Source: a virus. Taken from it: a stretch of DNA of 64,000 nucleotides. The stretch covers positions 96,001 through 160,000 of the IMG/VR virus record IMGVR_UViG_3300049137_000157. One strand, given 5' to 3'. The position numbers and the translations under genes are program-made. The notes beneath the pieces are model-generated. The model saw nothing but the letters and a program-made list of their open reading frames with translations. It ran no database searches and had not been told where the DNA came from. Positions 55,917 to 64,000 of this stretch are shown one piece after another (the first letter of the stretch is position 1; the number at the start of each line of letters is the position of its first letter).

Positions 55917-56429
55917 GTGAGCAAGAGAGGTCCGAACGGCGGCAAGCCGCAGTTCTTTCAGCCAGGAAGCGTCTTCGTTTCCTGGGTCATACGCGTCGGG
56001 CTTTTCGTGACGGCTCTCACTTGCATCCCCTTCTATCTCAGTTTCGAGGGCCCTCGGCAAACACTCGCTCCGGACTACGCGGCAACCGATCGCGCGATGC
56101 TGGTGTACCACTCGGGCGGTGAAGTCGATAAGTCGATCGAGCGTTCCGTCGAAGTGATCCTCTACAACGACACCTCGACCGCTTCAATTGCGGCGGGCGT
56201 CGAACCCATGGAGCGGCACACCGTGAAGATCGCCGCGAAGTGCATGGACGAGAACACCGTGATGCTCACAATCAGCTCGGACACTCTTGACCGCTGGATC
56301 ACGCTCGACGTGCAGGGTGTTCACGCCGAGGCTTCCGAGAGGATCGAGGCCAGTGGCGAAGGGTCATACGAAGTGGACATGACAACCTGCTCTCCTTCGG
56401 ATCTGACCTTCATCCAGCAGGCACCCTGA
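55917..56429 (+). CDS. Membrane-anchored hypothetical protein
   Basis: Single N-terminal TM segment. Confidence 0.55.
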   Translation: MSKRGPNGGKPQFFQPGSVFVSWVIRVGLFVTALTCIPFYLSFEGPRQTLAPDYAATDRAMLVYHSGGEVDKSIERSVEVILYNDTSTASIAAGVEPMERHTVKIAAKCMDENTVMLTISSDTLDRWITLDVQGVHAEASERIEASGEGSYEVDMTTCSPSDLTFIQQAP

Positions 56430-56459
56430 ACACCCCGCAAGCTCACTCTGGAGAACCTG

Positions 56460-56759
56460 ATGAACGACTTCGAGTGCCATCCGCAGTTCGGGTACACCCC
56501 GGTCACCTTCGAGGCACAAGGCTTCAGGGCGGTTCGATGGTTCGGGGAGGAGAACTGCAAGTACGTCTTCGCCTTCCTCGGCTTCGAGCACCCGGACGAC
56601 GAGCTGGACCACAGCCAAATCCACTTCAACTCCACCGACTCGCGCTCCGGAACCGTGACGGCCTACCCGGGGAACTGGATCGTGCGGGACGGCGCGGGTC
56701 TCCACCGTTACACCCATGAGGACTTTCTCAAGAAGGCCGGGATGGCAGATCGTGCCTGA
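56460..56759 (+). CDS. Hypothetical phage protein
   Basis: EAQ..W...AYPGNWIVRD...F pattern. Confidence 0.6.
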   Translation: MNDFECHPQFGYTPVTFEAQGFRAVRWFGEENCKYVFAFLGFEHPDDELDHSQIHFNSTDSRSGTVTAYPGNWIVRDGAGLHRYTHEDFLKKAGMADRA

Positions 56760-57276
56760 GGTTCCCGACCCGTACGACGACAGCCGACTGGACGAGATGC
56801 TTCTCCGTCAGGAGAGGCCGAAGATCACGGGCGACGTCAGCGAAGCCCGGGTGGAGATGGAGAGGCTGGTTGTTCTCGGGCTCCTGAAGAGCATGTCTCC
56901 CCCTGAGGCCCGGGTGTGTGCGAAGGCGCTGGTCGGACAGTTCGAATACCGGGTCCGTCAGGACGCCGAGAAGAAGGCGTTGGCGGAGATTCGCGAAGAA
57001 CTCCGCGAGTGCGGCATCGAGTCGGCGTTCTTCCCGAGAAGGCTCACCTACACCGTGGTCGCACGGCGTACGGGGAACTGGTTCGCTCTTGAGGTGCCCG
57101 ACCTTCCTGGCGTCTTCAGTCAGGTGAGGGAGATCGAACGGGCCAGCGGGGCTGCACGTCAAGCCATCTCCGCGATGCTTGACGTGGACGTGGACGAGAT
57201 CCGCGTCAAGGTCCAGCTCGCAAATTCCGAAGATGCGAGTGCCGAAGACTGCGACGAAAGTACACAGACAGGCTGA
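56752..57276 (+). CDS. Protein with C-terminal HicB-like domain
   Basis: YTVVARRTGNWFALEVPDLPGVFSQVREIE.A..AR.AIS.MLDV. Confidence 0.65.
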   Translation: MPEVPDPYDDSRLDEMLLRQERPKITGDVSEARVEMERLVVLGLLKSMSPPEARVCAKALVGQFEYRVRQDAEKKALAEIREELRECGIESAFFPRRLTYTVVARRTGNWFALEVPDLPGVFSQVREIERASGAARQAISAMLDVDVDEIRVKVQLANSEDASAEDCDESTQTG

Positions 57277-57300
57277 CATGCCACACGGAAAGGAGACGGG

Positions 57301-57483
57301 ATGATGGATGGGATCAATCAGAGTGTCTTCTGGGAAGACTTCGCGGAGGACTTGCAGGAACCGGAAGTCCGCCGCATGTACGTATCGGAGTCCATCCGCA
57401 TCGCCGCCATCGACCAGGCAGTCAACGCCTCCGGCGGGGAGAACGGCAGTGGCTCGTCGAGGGTTGGTGACGCAGATCGATGA
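57301..57483 (+). CDS. Antitoxin N-terminus-like small protein or remnant
   Basis: FWEDFAEDLQEPEVRRMY..ESIRIAAID; no HTH follows. Confidence 0.45.
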   Translation: MMDGINQSVFWEDFAEDLQEPEVRRMYVSESIRIAAIDQAVNASGGENGSGSSRVGDADR

Positions 57484-57845
57484 AAAACCCCTGCATATTC
57501 TGCGAAATCGTCGCAGGCCGGGCTCCGGCCACCTTTGTGCAGAAGTGGGACGACGCCATCGCGATCGTTCCGCTGCACCCGGTTGTCGAGGGGCACACTC
57601 TCGTCATCCCGCGAGACCATGTCCAGGACTTCGGAACGGACCCCGACGTCTCCGCCCTGACGATGTACAGGGCTTCGGAGCTGGCGCAGGGCCCACAGCC
57701 GATGAACGTCATCACCTCCCGAGGGCGGGAGGCCACGCAGTCTGTCTTCCACCTGCATCTCCACCTCGTTCCGCGAACAGAGAACGACGGCCTCGCCCTG
57801 CCCTGGTTCAGTGGACGCCGGAAGAAAGGGAACCCTCATGTCTGA
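57480..57845 (+). CDS. HIT-family nucleotide hydrolase
   Basis: CIFCEIV, GHTLVIP, QSVFHLHLHLVPR. Confidence 0.9.
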   Translation: MKNPCIFCEIVAGRAPATFVQKWDDAIAIVPLHPVVEGHTLVIPRDHVQDFGTDPDVSALTMYRASELAQGPQPMNVITSRGREATQSVFHLHLHLVPRTENDGLALPWFSGRRKKGNPHV

Positions 57846-58110
57846 TCTGCATCTCGTCATCAGCCGACCCGCACCGGGGGAGTGGCTGGGGCGCATGGAC
57901 ATCGTCGAGGCCCTGGAGGCGGCAGGCTGGCGGGGCGACGAAGACATGCCCCTCAGCGTCCTGCGTCACCCGTCCGGAGCGATCTGGGGTGTAACCGACT
58001 CCGGTGACTCCGGGCTCGACTGTCCGAACGGCGCGGTCGTCAGTTTCCCGGCCGATACGCCTTCGATCGTGGTCATCGCGGCATGCCTGGCGTCGGTCGA
58101 CGTCGCCTGA
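57838..58110 (+). CDS. Hypothetical protein
   Basis: Coupled to the HIT gene. Confidence 0.55.
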   Translation: MSDLHLVISRPAPGEWLGRMDIVEALEAAGWRGDEDMPLSVLRHPSGAIWGVTDSGDSGLDCPNGAVVSFPADTPSIVVIAACLASVDVA

Positions 58111-58314
58111 TCAGAACAGAGTCGGCTGCTGAGGGTCGCTGGGGCGGAACAGGGCCTCGGCGACCCTCACGTGCTGCATGGACCCGGAGCACAGCTTGAG
58201 GTCCAATCGCTTCTTCTTGTGGTCGGCCACGCTGACCACTCCCGGACGCTTCGTCGGAGTTCCGCTCACACCCCGCTTGCATCCCGGGCAGACGACACGC
58301 GGATTCTTCGCCAT
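58111..58314 (-). CDS. Small Zn-finger-like protein
   Basis: CPGC...H...C. Confidence 0.5.
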   Translation of the reverse strand: MAKNPRVVCPGCKRGVSGTPTKRPGVVSVADHKKKRLDLKLCSGSMQHVRVAEALFRPSDPQQPTLF

Positions 58315-58416
58315 TGCCACAGTCTGCACCCTCCCCGAATGGCCCATCCAGGCTGATTGCAGCCAAGTTGCCGGTCAACACCGGTATCGGCAAGTCTACT
58401 TCAGCCGGGAAACGCG

Positions 58417-58454
58417 AAGCCCCGCCGCTAGGATCTCCCCCAGCGGCGGGGCTT
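58417..58454. terminator. Terminator hairpin
   Basis: aagccccgccgct...agcggcggggctt. Confidence 0.65.
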
Positions 58455-58492
58455 TGTCAGGCAACGGGGCCCGATGCGTTGATCGCGCGAAG

Positions 58493-58780
58493 TTACCGTA
58501 CCCCAAGCTCCCAGCGGACCTGGGCCCAGTCCACCTGGTCGAATGCCTCAGGTGTGAACCTCTGCTGCAAGTCGTAGAGGCTCGGGATCGCCGACCCCGG
58601 GACGTCGTTGGACGAGTGGGCCAGTCCGCACTGGTTGAGACGACAGCGCATCCACTCGGCCAACGTGACCTGCGACTCCTCCTCCCGCTGCACAACACAG
58701 CGAGCGACAGCAGCCACCTCCACGTCGTGCAGGAGCCAGGCGATCACTTGTGCGGTCGGTTCGTTCTGCATTTCAGGCAT
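58493..58780 (-). CDS. Hypothetical protein
   Basis: ATG preceded by a G10 run. Confidence 0.55.
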   Translation of the reverse strand: MPEMQNEPTAQVIAWLLHDVEVAAVARCVVQREEESQVTLAEWMRCRLNQCGLAHSSNDVPGSAIPSLYDLQQRFTPEAFDQVDWAQVRWELGVR

Positions 58781-58808
58781 CTCGTTTCCCCCCCCCCTTC
58801 CGACGTGT

Positions 58809-59069
58809 CTACTCGGGCTGCGACAGGACCCGGAAGGAGCGACGACGCACACCCGTCACCCATCCGGAGCTGTTGAACTTCACAGGCTCGTTCGATCGGT
58901 GCACGGTGTACGCGACCCCGTCCGGGTAGTTCTCCTCCGGATCTGGCGTGCCGGGGCGCGGCTCCCCGTGCTGCATCACCTTGTACTCCGCGTCCCGGTA
59001 ACGAACGATCGCGCCCACGGGCACAGGGGTGTCGCCTGGCGTGTAGTCGGTCTGATCCTCGTTGCTCAT
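58809..59069 (-). CDS. Hypothetical protein (SH3-like)
   Basis: PVPVGAIVRY..YKV. Confidence 0.5.
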   Translation of the reverse strand: MSNEDQTDYTPGDTPVPVGAIVRYRDAEYKVMQHGEPRPGTPDPEENYPDGVAYTVHRSNEPVKFNSSGWVTGVRRRSFRVLSQPE

Positions 59070-59079
59070 CTTGATCCCC

Positions 59080-59757
59080 CTACAGGACTTCGGTCTCGAC
59101 GAGATGCGGCTCGTGCGGAAGGGCAACCACGATCCAGTCACCTTCGAGGTTGACGTTCTGGAAGTAGGACTGCTGCCCATCCCGAATGCCTCGGGCAACG
59201 AGCTTGCGCTGGATCTCCTCGAAGGAGCCGCCCGTCGTCCCGCGTCGGGTCTTCTTACCAGGCACCCAGCCGCGCTGGACGTGGTAGATGTCCCAACGCA
59301 GATCTCGGGTGGGGGCGGACTTCATGTTCCAGACCTCGACGACTCCCGGCCCGAACTCCGCCACCAGAGCCCTCTTCAGGCGCTCCTCGGCATCCTTCGG
59401 GTCGAGCCCGGGGAAGAATAGCGAGCTGGAGACCCGAGATCCGGCGACCGGCATCAGGAACCTCTCCTCACCGAGCGGGTCTTCCTCGAAGACCTTGTCG
59501 GCGTTCACCAGGTATGAGGCTCCGAAGTCGGAGAGGATGCGAACCTGCGGGTCGTTCTCCCGGGTGAGGTACGTGCCGCTCTTCCCGATCCGGGCGGGGA
59601 CGAGGAACTCCGGGTCGAGCACCCGGTGGTCCGGAACGAGGACGCGATCCCCCTCGGAAAGAGACCGGACCTGCTCCAAGGTCAGCGGGGTGACGCGCAC
59701 CTTCTCGGCCTGGACCGGCATCGACTCGGCCGTGCGGGCGTTGTCACTGTCAGCCAT
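59080..59757 (-). CDS. Hypothetical protein
   Basis: 225 aa; AGGAGG RBS. Confidence 0.6.
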   Translation of the reverse strand: MADSDNARTAESMPVQAEKVRVTPLTLEQVRSLSEGDRVLVPDHRVLDPEFLVPARIGKSGTYLTRENDPQVRILSDFGASYLVNADKVFEEDPLGEERFLMPVAGSRVSSSLFFPGLDPKDAEERLKRALVAEFGPGVVEVWNMKSAPTRDLRWDIYHVQRGWVPGKKTRRGTTGGSFEEIQRKLVARGIRDGQQSYFQNVNLEGDWIVVALPHEPHLVETEVL

Positions 59758-59925
59758 TTTTCCTCCTGTGTGGAACTGGGGGCTTCCCGGTTCCCTCGCG
59801 GATGGTGCGGCCGGGGGTTTCCCGGACGCTATGGATGAGCCCGGAAGCCGACCCTGTCAGGTGGGACAACTTCCGGGCTCGAAACCAACATAGCATGGCC
59901 TAGGCCGTGCCGGGAATTCCGGATC

Positions 59926-61743
59926 TCAGTTGGTCTGGTAGTTCGGCAGGTGCGGTCCGATGTGTCCGATGTAGATCAGGCCGGTCTCGCCGCTGGTGTC
60001 GTCGTGGAAGTGCATCCGAGGGGCCGGAGGCTTACCGGACCCGATCCGGATGTGTGCCTCCATGAGCACAGTGCCCGACGGGTCCACCTCCAGTGGAACG
60101 GGAAAGACGCGGGCGGTGCGGAACTTGGTGTTCATCATGACGCCCTTCGACTCCACCGCCGAGTACCGCATCCGAGGGATCACGTGCTCGGCTTCAGGGT
60201 CCTGAAGGTAGGCCGCGAAGTGGGGAACCTCGCCCGCGCCCCGCTTGTCCTTCATTCCGGCGTACTCGTCCAGAGCAAGCAGCGACTCCCAGGTGCGCCG
60301 GACCCAGGTCCTCTCCTGGTCCTGGCCGCGCAGCTTGCCGATCCCGTCCTCGACGCGGCCGAGCCGAATACTCTTCAGTCTGTCCGCAGCGGACAGGAGT
60401 TCGTCCCAGGTGTCGGGCGTGAACTCCTCGGTCTTCGTCTCCATGAGGACGCTGCTGCCCAGCCGGGCCAGCTCCCTGCGCAGGGAGAGGTTCTCCCGTC
60501 GCGCTGCGAGCAGCTCACGATGCTGCTCGTCGAGCAGATCCTCCGCCAGCTCCGCGCCCTCCTGTGCCTCCTGGAGAGCCTCGGACAGCCGTTGTGCCTC
60601 CCGAGCCGCACGATCACCATCCAGGCGCTCCTGAAGCTGCTGAACGTCCTTCAGGAGCTTGGTGTGATGCTCCTTGGCCTCGCGCTCCCTGTCCAGAGCC
60701 TCGTCAAGAAGCCCTCGCATGGTGTCCCGCTCCTGCTCGAACAAGGTGACCGAGGTCTTCAGGTCGTTGACCTGAGTCTTGAGGTCTTCCACCTCGGCCC
60801 GGGAGGCCCGGAGGTCTTCGGCGTTCTTCTTCGCACGCTCTTCCTCGGTGAGAAGCGTCCAGTGCTGGTTTATATCCCGCACGTCCGAGGGGTCGATCGC
60901 CATCACCTGCTCGTTGAACATGTCCGTGAGTACGGACGCGAGTTCCCGGACATCTCCGCCCTTGCTGAAGGGCATGTCCCGGGAAAAAGACAGATGGCTT
61001 TTCTCGATCCCTCTCCTGCGCCAGCTTGCAAGAAGAACCGCAGTGCCACATTCCGGGAGATGCGTACCGAACCGGGGGAGGATTTTCTTGTTGAGGATGT
61101 CCCGAGCCCCGTCGTCGACGGCCCGGATATCAAAGACCCGGCCGTACATGCTGTTCGGCAGACGCGGAATGAGGGGGTGAAGCTGAGGCCCTCTCCTCAT
61201 GGCAGCGTGCAGATCATCCAGATCCATGGGGTCATGAGTGATCACAGCGACGCCCCACTGCATCTCCGACAGTGCCTGGACGACGCTATGGAAAGGGGAG
61301 ATCGTCAGGCTGTGAATCAGGTTCGGGGTCATGTAGTTGAGCTTCAGGTACCCGGGCTTGTGCTTACCCCCCAGGAAGAAGCTCAGCGGAGATGGCCAGT
61401 GCGGGTTCCAGGGCCGATCCGCCTTCGCGTAGACCTGGAAGATCCCCTTCAAGGGGTTCGCCGTCGCGTCGTACTCCTCGGGCTCGATGTCCGGCCTCGG
61501 CTCTGCGAGCTGGTGGAGCGCCCCGAAGCGTCCACGGATGGTGGCCCCATCCTCGGTCGTCCAGAGGGCGTCGTAGTTCCACCACTGACCCTCGCGGGCC
61601 TCGGACCGGGGGCCGTGCTGGAGAACTCGGACGTCACGTTCCAGACGTTCAGCCATCCAGGAGATCTCCGGCATGACGTCCAACGTGCCGATCGTGCCCC
61701 AATGGTTGGGCTGTACCTCGACCTTGCTCTTCAACTTCCTCAA
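59926..61743 (-). CDS. Large coiled-coil protein with RelE/ParE-like C-terminal domain
   Basis: Central heptad region; C-terminal EAHIRIG...PRMHFHDD...YIGHIGPHL. Start may be TTG 61734. Confidence 0.6.
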   Translation of the reverse strand: MRKLKSKVEVQPNHWGTIGTLDVMPEISWMAERLERDVRVLQHGPRSEAREGQWWNYDALWTTEDGATIRGRFGALHQLAEPRPDIEPEEYDATANPLKGIFQVYAKADRPWNPHWPSPLSFFLGGKHKPGYLKLNYMTPNLIHSLTISPFHSVVQALSEMQWGVAVITHDPMDLDDLHAAMRRGPQLHPLIPRLPNSMYGRVFDIRAVDDGARDILNKKILPRFGTHLPECGTAVLLASWRRRGIEKSHLSFSRDMPFSKGGDVRELASVLTDMFNEQVMAIDPSDVRDINQHWTLLTEEERAKKNAEDLRASRAEVEDLKTQVNDLKTSVTLFEQERDTMRGLLDEALDREREAKEHHTKLLKDVQQLQERLDGDRAAREAQRLSEALQEAQEGAELAEDLLDEQHRELLAARRENLSLRRELARLGSSVLMETKTEEFTPDTWDELLSAADRLKSIRLGRVEDGIGKLRGQDQERTWVRRTWESLLALDEYAGMKDKRGAGEVPHFAAYLQDPEAEHVIPRMRYSAVESKGVMMNTKFRTARVFPVPLEVDPSGTVLMEAHIRIGSGKPPAPRMHFHDDTSGETGLIYIGHIGPHLPNYQTN

Positions 61744-61817
61744 CTCCTTTCGGGGACCATCCTCTCATCCCCGCCACCCGGACGGGCCAGCACCGGGTAG
61801 TGAGCTGTGACCTTCTC

Positions 61818-61833
61818 TCGAACAAAGGTTCGG
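61818..61833. promoter_or_regulatory. LexA (SOS) box-like site
   Basis: TCGAAC-AAAG-GTTCGG versus actinobacterial consensus TCGAAC-N4-GTTCGA; about 75 bp upstream of the 605-aa gene. Confidence 0.55.
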
Positions 61834-61989
61834 CCCACGTGTAGGCTCAGCGCGAGATTTTTTCGCCGGACGGAGTTCGGGGCTCGACCCTCTCCTGGGG
61901 TCTTCTGGAGGAAGTTGCCCACGGAGCCCACGTGTAGACGGACACACGCCTGTAACCAGGACCCAATTTCTAAACTCTCGCGCAAAACT

Positions 61990-62960
61990 GGTTTTCTCAT
62001 ACACGCATCCTTTTTCCTTTCCTTCTCGCGCGCCGCTCGCTTTTCTCTCTCGCTCCCTTTCTCGCTCACTTTTCTTTCTCTCTCACTCTCACATTGTCTG
62101 TGCTTATTCCTTTTCATTCTCTCTCGTGTGCCTGCCTATCTCTCGTGTGCTTATCCCTGTCGAATGCCTAGGCATATCCCTTTGCCTTCCTGCTGGCACC
62201 CTTCCTCTCTTTCTCCCGTGTCCTTTCCTGTCTATTGCTCATCCATTGCTCACCCTTTCTGAGTGGAGAAAAACACGAGAGAGATACGAATAGGGGCACG
62301 CCTATTCGCTTTCGATTGCCGCGCCCCTGCCCGCCCCTTTCCCCTTCCATATTCCTCACGTATTGCTAGGCATGGTGGAGTGATACGGGTAGGGAAAGAG
62401 GCACGAGAAACCGACGTGTACCGATATCCGATAGGGCGCGCCCATTCCTTTCACGTCGTCGCTCCCTTTCCTCCCCGTTCCTCTCTCTCGTGTCCTTTCC
62501 TTTCGTCGTCCCTTCTCCCTCCCTTTGCCGCGTCTCCTTTCCTCTCATGTCCCCTGCCCTTTCCTTTCGTTCCTCCCTGCCTTTTCTGGGGTGCCGAAAT
62601 ACCGGTGAGAGGAACACGCGTGTTTGCGCTGCATTCCTAACGGGCGTGCTCCGATGTTTCGCCTAAAGGCATGATCATCCTTGGGCCTAGGGCTTGCTAC
62701 AGAGAGCAATACAAAGAATCCCTGTACGCCTCCCTGCCCGCTCCACTCCCCGCCTAGGTCGAATGGCGCGCCCCGTGACCTATCCGTCCGCCCCTGCCCT
62801 CCCCCCGGCATTCCTCGCACCTTCCCTGCCTTCCCTCCTCCCTGCCTCTCCGTGCCATTCCCCGGCATGTCATGAGGCATGGGACCCGGTCGACCTAGGG
62901 CCGGAATGCAGGGACCGGGAGGGGAGGAATACCGGGAGAGAGAAAGAACGGGGGACCTAG
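61990..62960. repeat. Low-complexity polypyrimidine/polypurine tracts
   Basis: Long CT-rich runs on + (about 62010-62240, 62460-62600, 62790-62860) with GA-rich runs (about 62270-62290, 62920-62950). Confidence 0.75.
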
Positions 62961-63128
62961 TCGCATAGGAAGGGAGCAGAATTGATACATACGGGAATCA
63001 AAAAACTTCCATCCATACCCCAGCTCTCTATCTCTCTTCAATTCCTCTCCCTTTCGGTAGACGTCATCCCTTTCCCTTTCAAGGGTGATCTTGGGTAAGG
63101 GTCCGGGGGTGCCTAGATCATTTGGTAG

Positions 63129-63691
63129 TGATCACGCCCCTGACCTGCACTTTCTTTCTCTCTCGCGTAATCCCTCCCCATCCTGGGAACCAAGATCACC
63201 CGGGTGTCGGAGACCAAGATCATCGAGCCGGTGAGTCTAGTTCGAAGATCATGAATATCCGCAGGTCAAAGGCGTGATCACGAACTCAGGTCCGTGACTT
63301 CGATGAGTGTCTATATCCGCAGGTCAAGCCATGATCACGATTTCATCCGTCCGCCGGATTCTCTGTTTCGATGAATGTGAATATCCGCAGGTCACAGCCT
63401 TGCTCAACATCTCCGCCGACAGGGTGGCTGAGACTTCGGCAGACATCGATATTCGCAGGTCAGAGGCATGATCACGATCCTCAAGTCCCCTGCATCGATA
63501 TACGTCTATAACCGCAGATCAGAGCCTTGATCGTGAAATCAGAGTGTTTCAAGATCCTGATTCGCATGGGCAAAAAACCCGTTCGCATGTCCCGCATTGT
63601 CCGATTCGCATGGGTTCGATGTCATAGGTCGTTCACCCTATCTGACCTGGGAAAACAGGAAGTTGGAAAAAATCTCAACGCTCTGACCTGG
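63129..63691. repeat. Degenerate repeat array with GCAGGTCA core
   Basis: Cores at 63261, 63319, 63387, 63455, 63514; inverted unit at 63129-63148; TGACCTGG at 63643 and 63684. Confidence 0.85.
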
Positions 63692-64000
63692 GCTTTCCCG
63701 TTGTCAAGACTCATTTTACCAATCCTTTGCCTTTTTTCTTTTTCCGCTGGTCACAGCGTTGATCGTTCGCGAGAGGCCAGAGATCAACAGTCTCGGATGT
63801 CCGGTTCTGACACGTTCTGCACACCCGAATTAGCATGTCCGCAAAGGTGACGATCTTGTTTGCTGCGCTATGGTCCTGGCGTTCCACTTCGCAAGCACGA
63901 CACGGAGTGGAGCGACAGACCCAGACCTAGCGTCGCCGGATACGCCCCCGTGTGAGTGGCGGAACCGATGAGCGCACGAGACGGAAGCGGGTCGACGGAA

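Noticed and set aside
61740-62640. Lys/Glu/Arg-rich and Phe/Ser/Leu-rich ORFs
   Set aside because: They are translations of CT/GA low-complexity tracts without phage-like codon bias.
63240-63530. CRISPR or mini-array interpretation of the 58-68 bp period
   Set aside because: Units are degenerate, the supposed spacers share sequence (TTCGAT..TGT), the unit is not a hairpin-type repeat, an inverted copy exists and no cas genes are present.
1-64000. tRNA, tmRNA or rRNA genes
   Set aside because: No cloverleaf with T-loop GTTCRA in a suitable context was spotted by eye; a tRNAscan/ARAGORN run is needed to exclude them.

Overview
The whole window reads as a GC-rich tailed-phage (siphovirus-like) genome segment, most plausibly from a Streptomyces/actinomycete phage or prophage. 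No integrase, endolysin/holin, rRNA, tRNA or CRISPR array was recognised. Layout: (1) + strand replication module at 1.1-7.4 kb (primase/helicase, family A DNA polymerase, RuvC-like resolvase). (2) - strand tail/neck module at 7.4-24.5 kb, with two glycosyltransferases inserted among the neck genes and a tail-chaperone pair apparently joined by a +1 frameshift. (3) About 13 kb of accessory genes (24.5-37.2 kb) between the head-tail adaptor and the major capsid gene, including dCTP deaminase and a graspetide-type RiPP precursor plus ATP-grasp ligase. (4) - strand head module at 37.3-44.8 kb, with an Ala-start class 3 intein in the terminase P-loop. (5) A second accessory block (45-61.7 kb) with a secreted protein, GntR, an Mrr-like nuclease, a methyltransferase, the probable small terminase, a PnuC-like/ParB-like fusion, an M4 protease, HicB-like and HIT proteins, and a large coiled-coil protein with a RelE-like C-terminus behind a LexA-box-like site. 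(6) About 2.2 kb of probably non-coding DNA with purine/pyrimidine tracts and a degenerate repeat array. All functional calls are from motif recognition by eye; no searches were run, and several start codons were re-chosen from RBS or overlap context.
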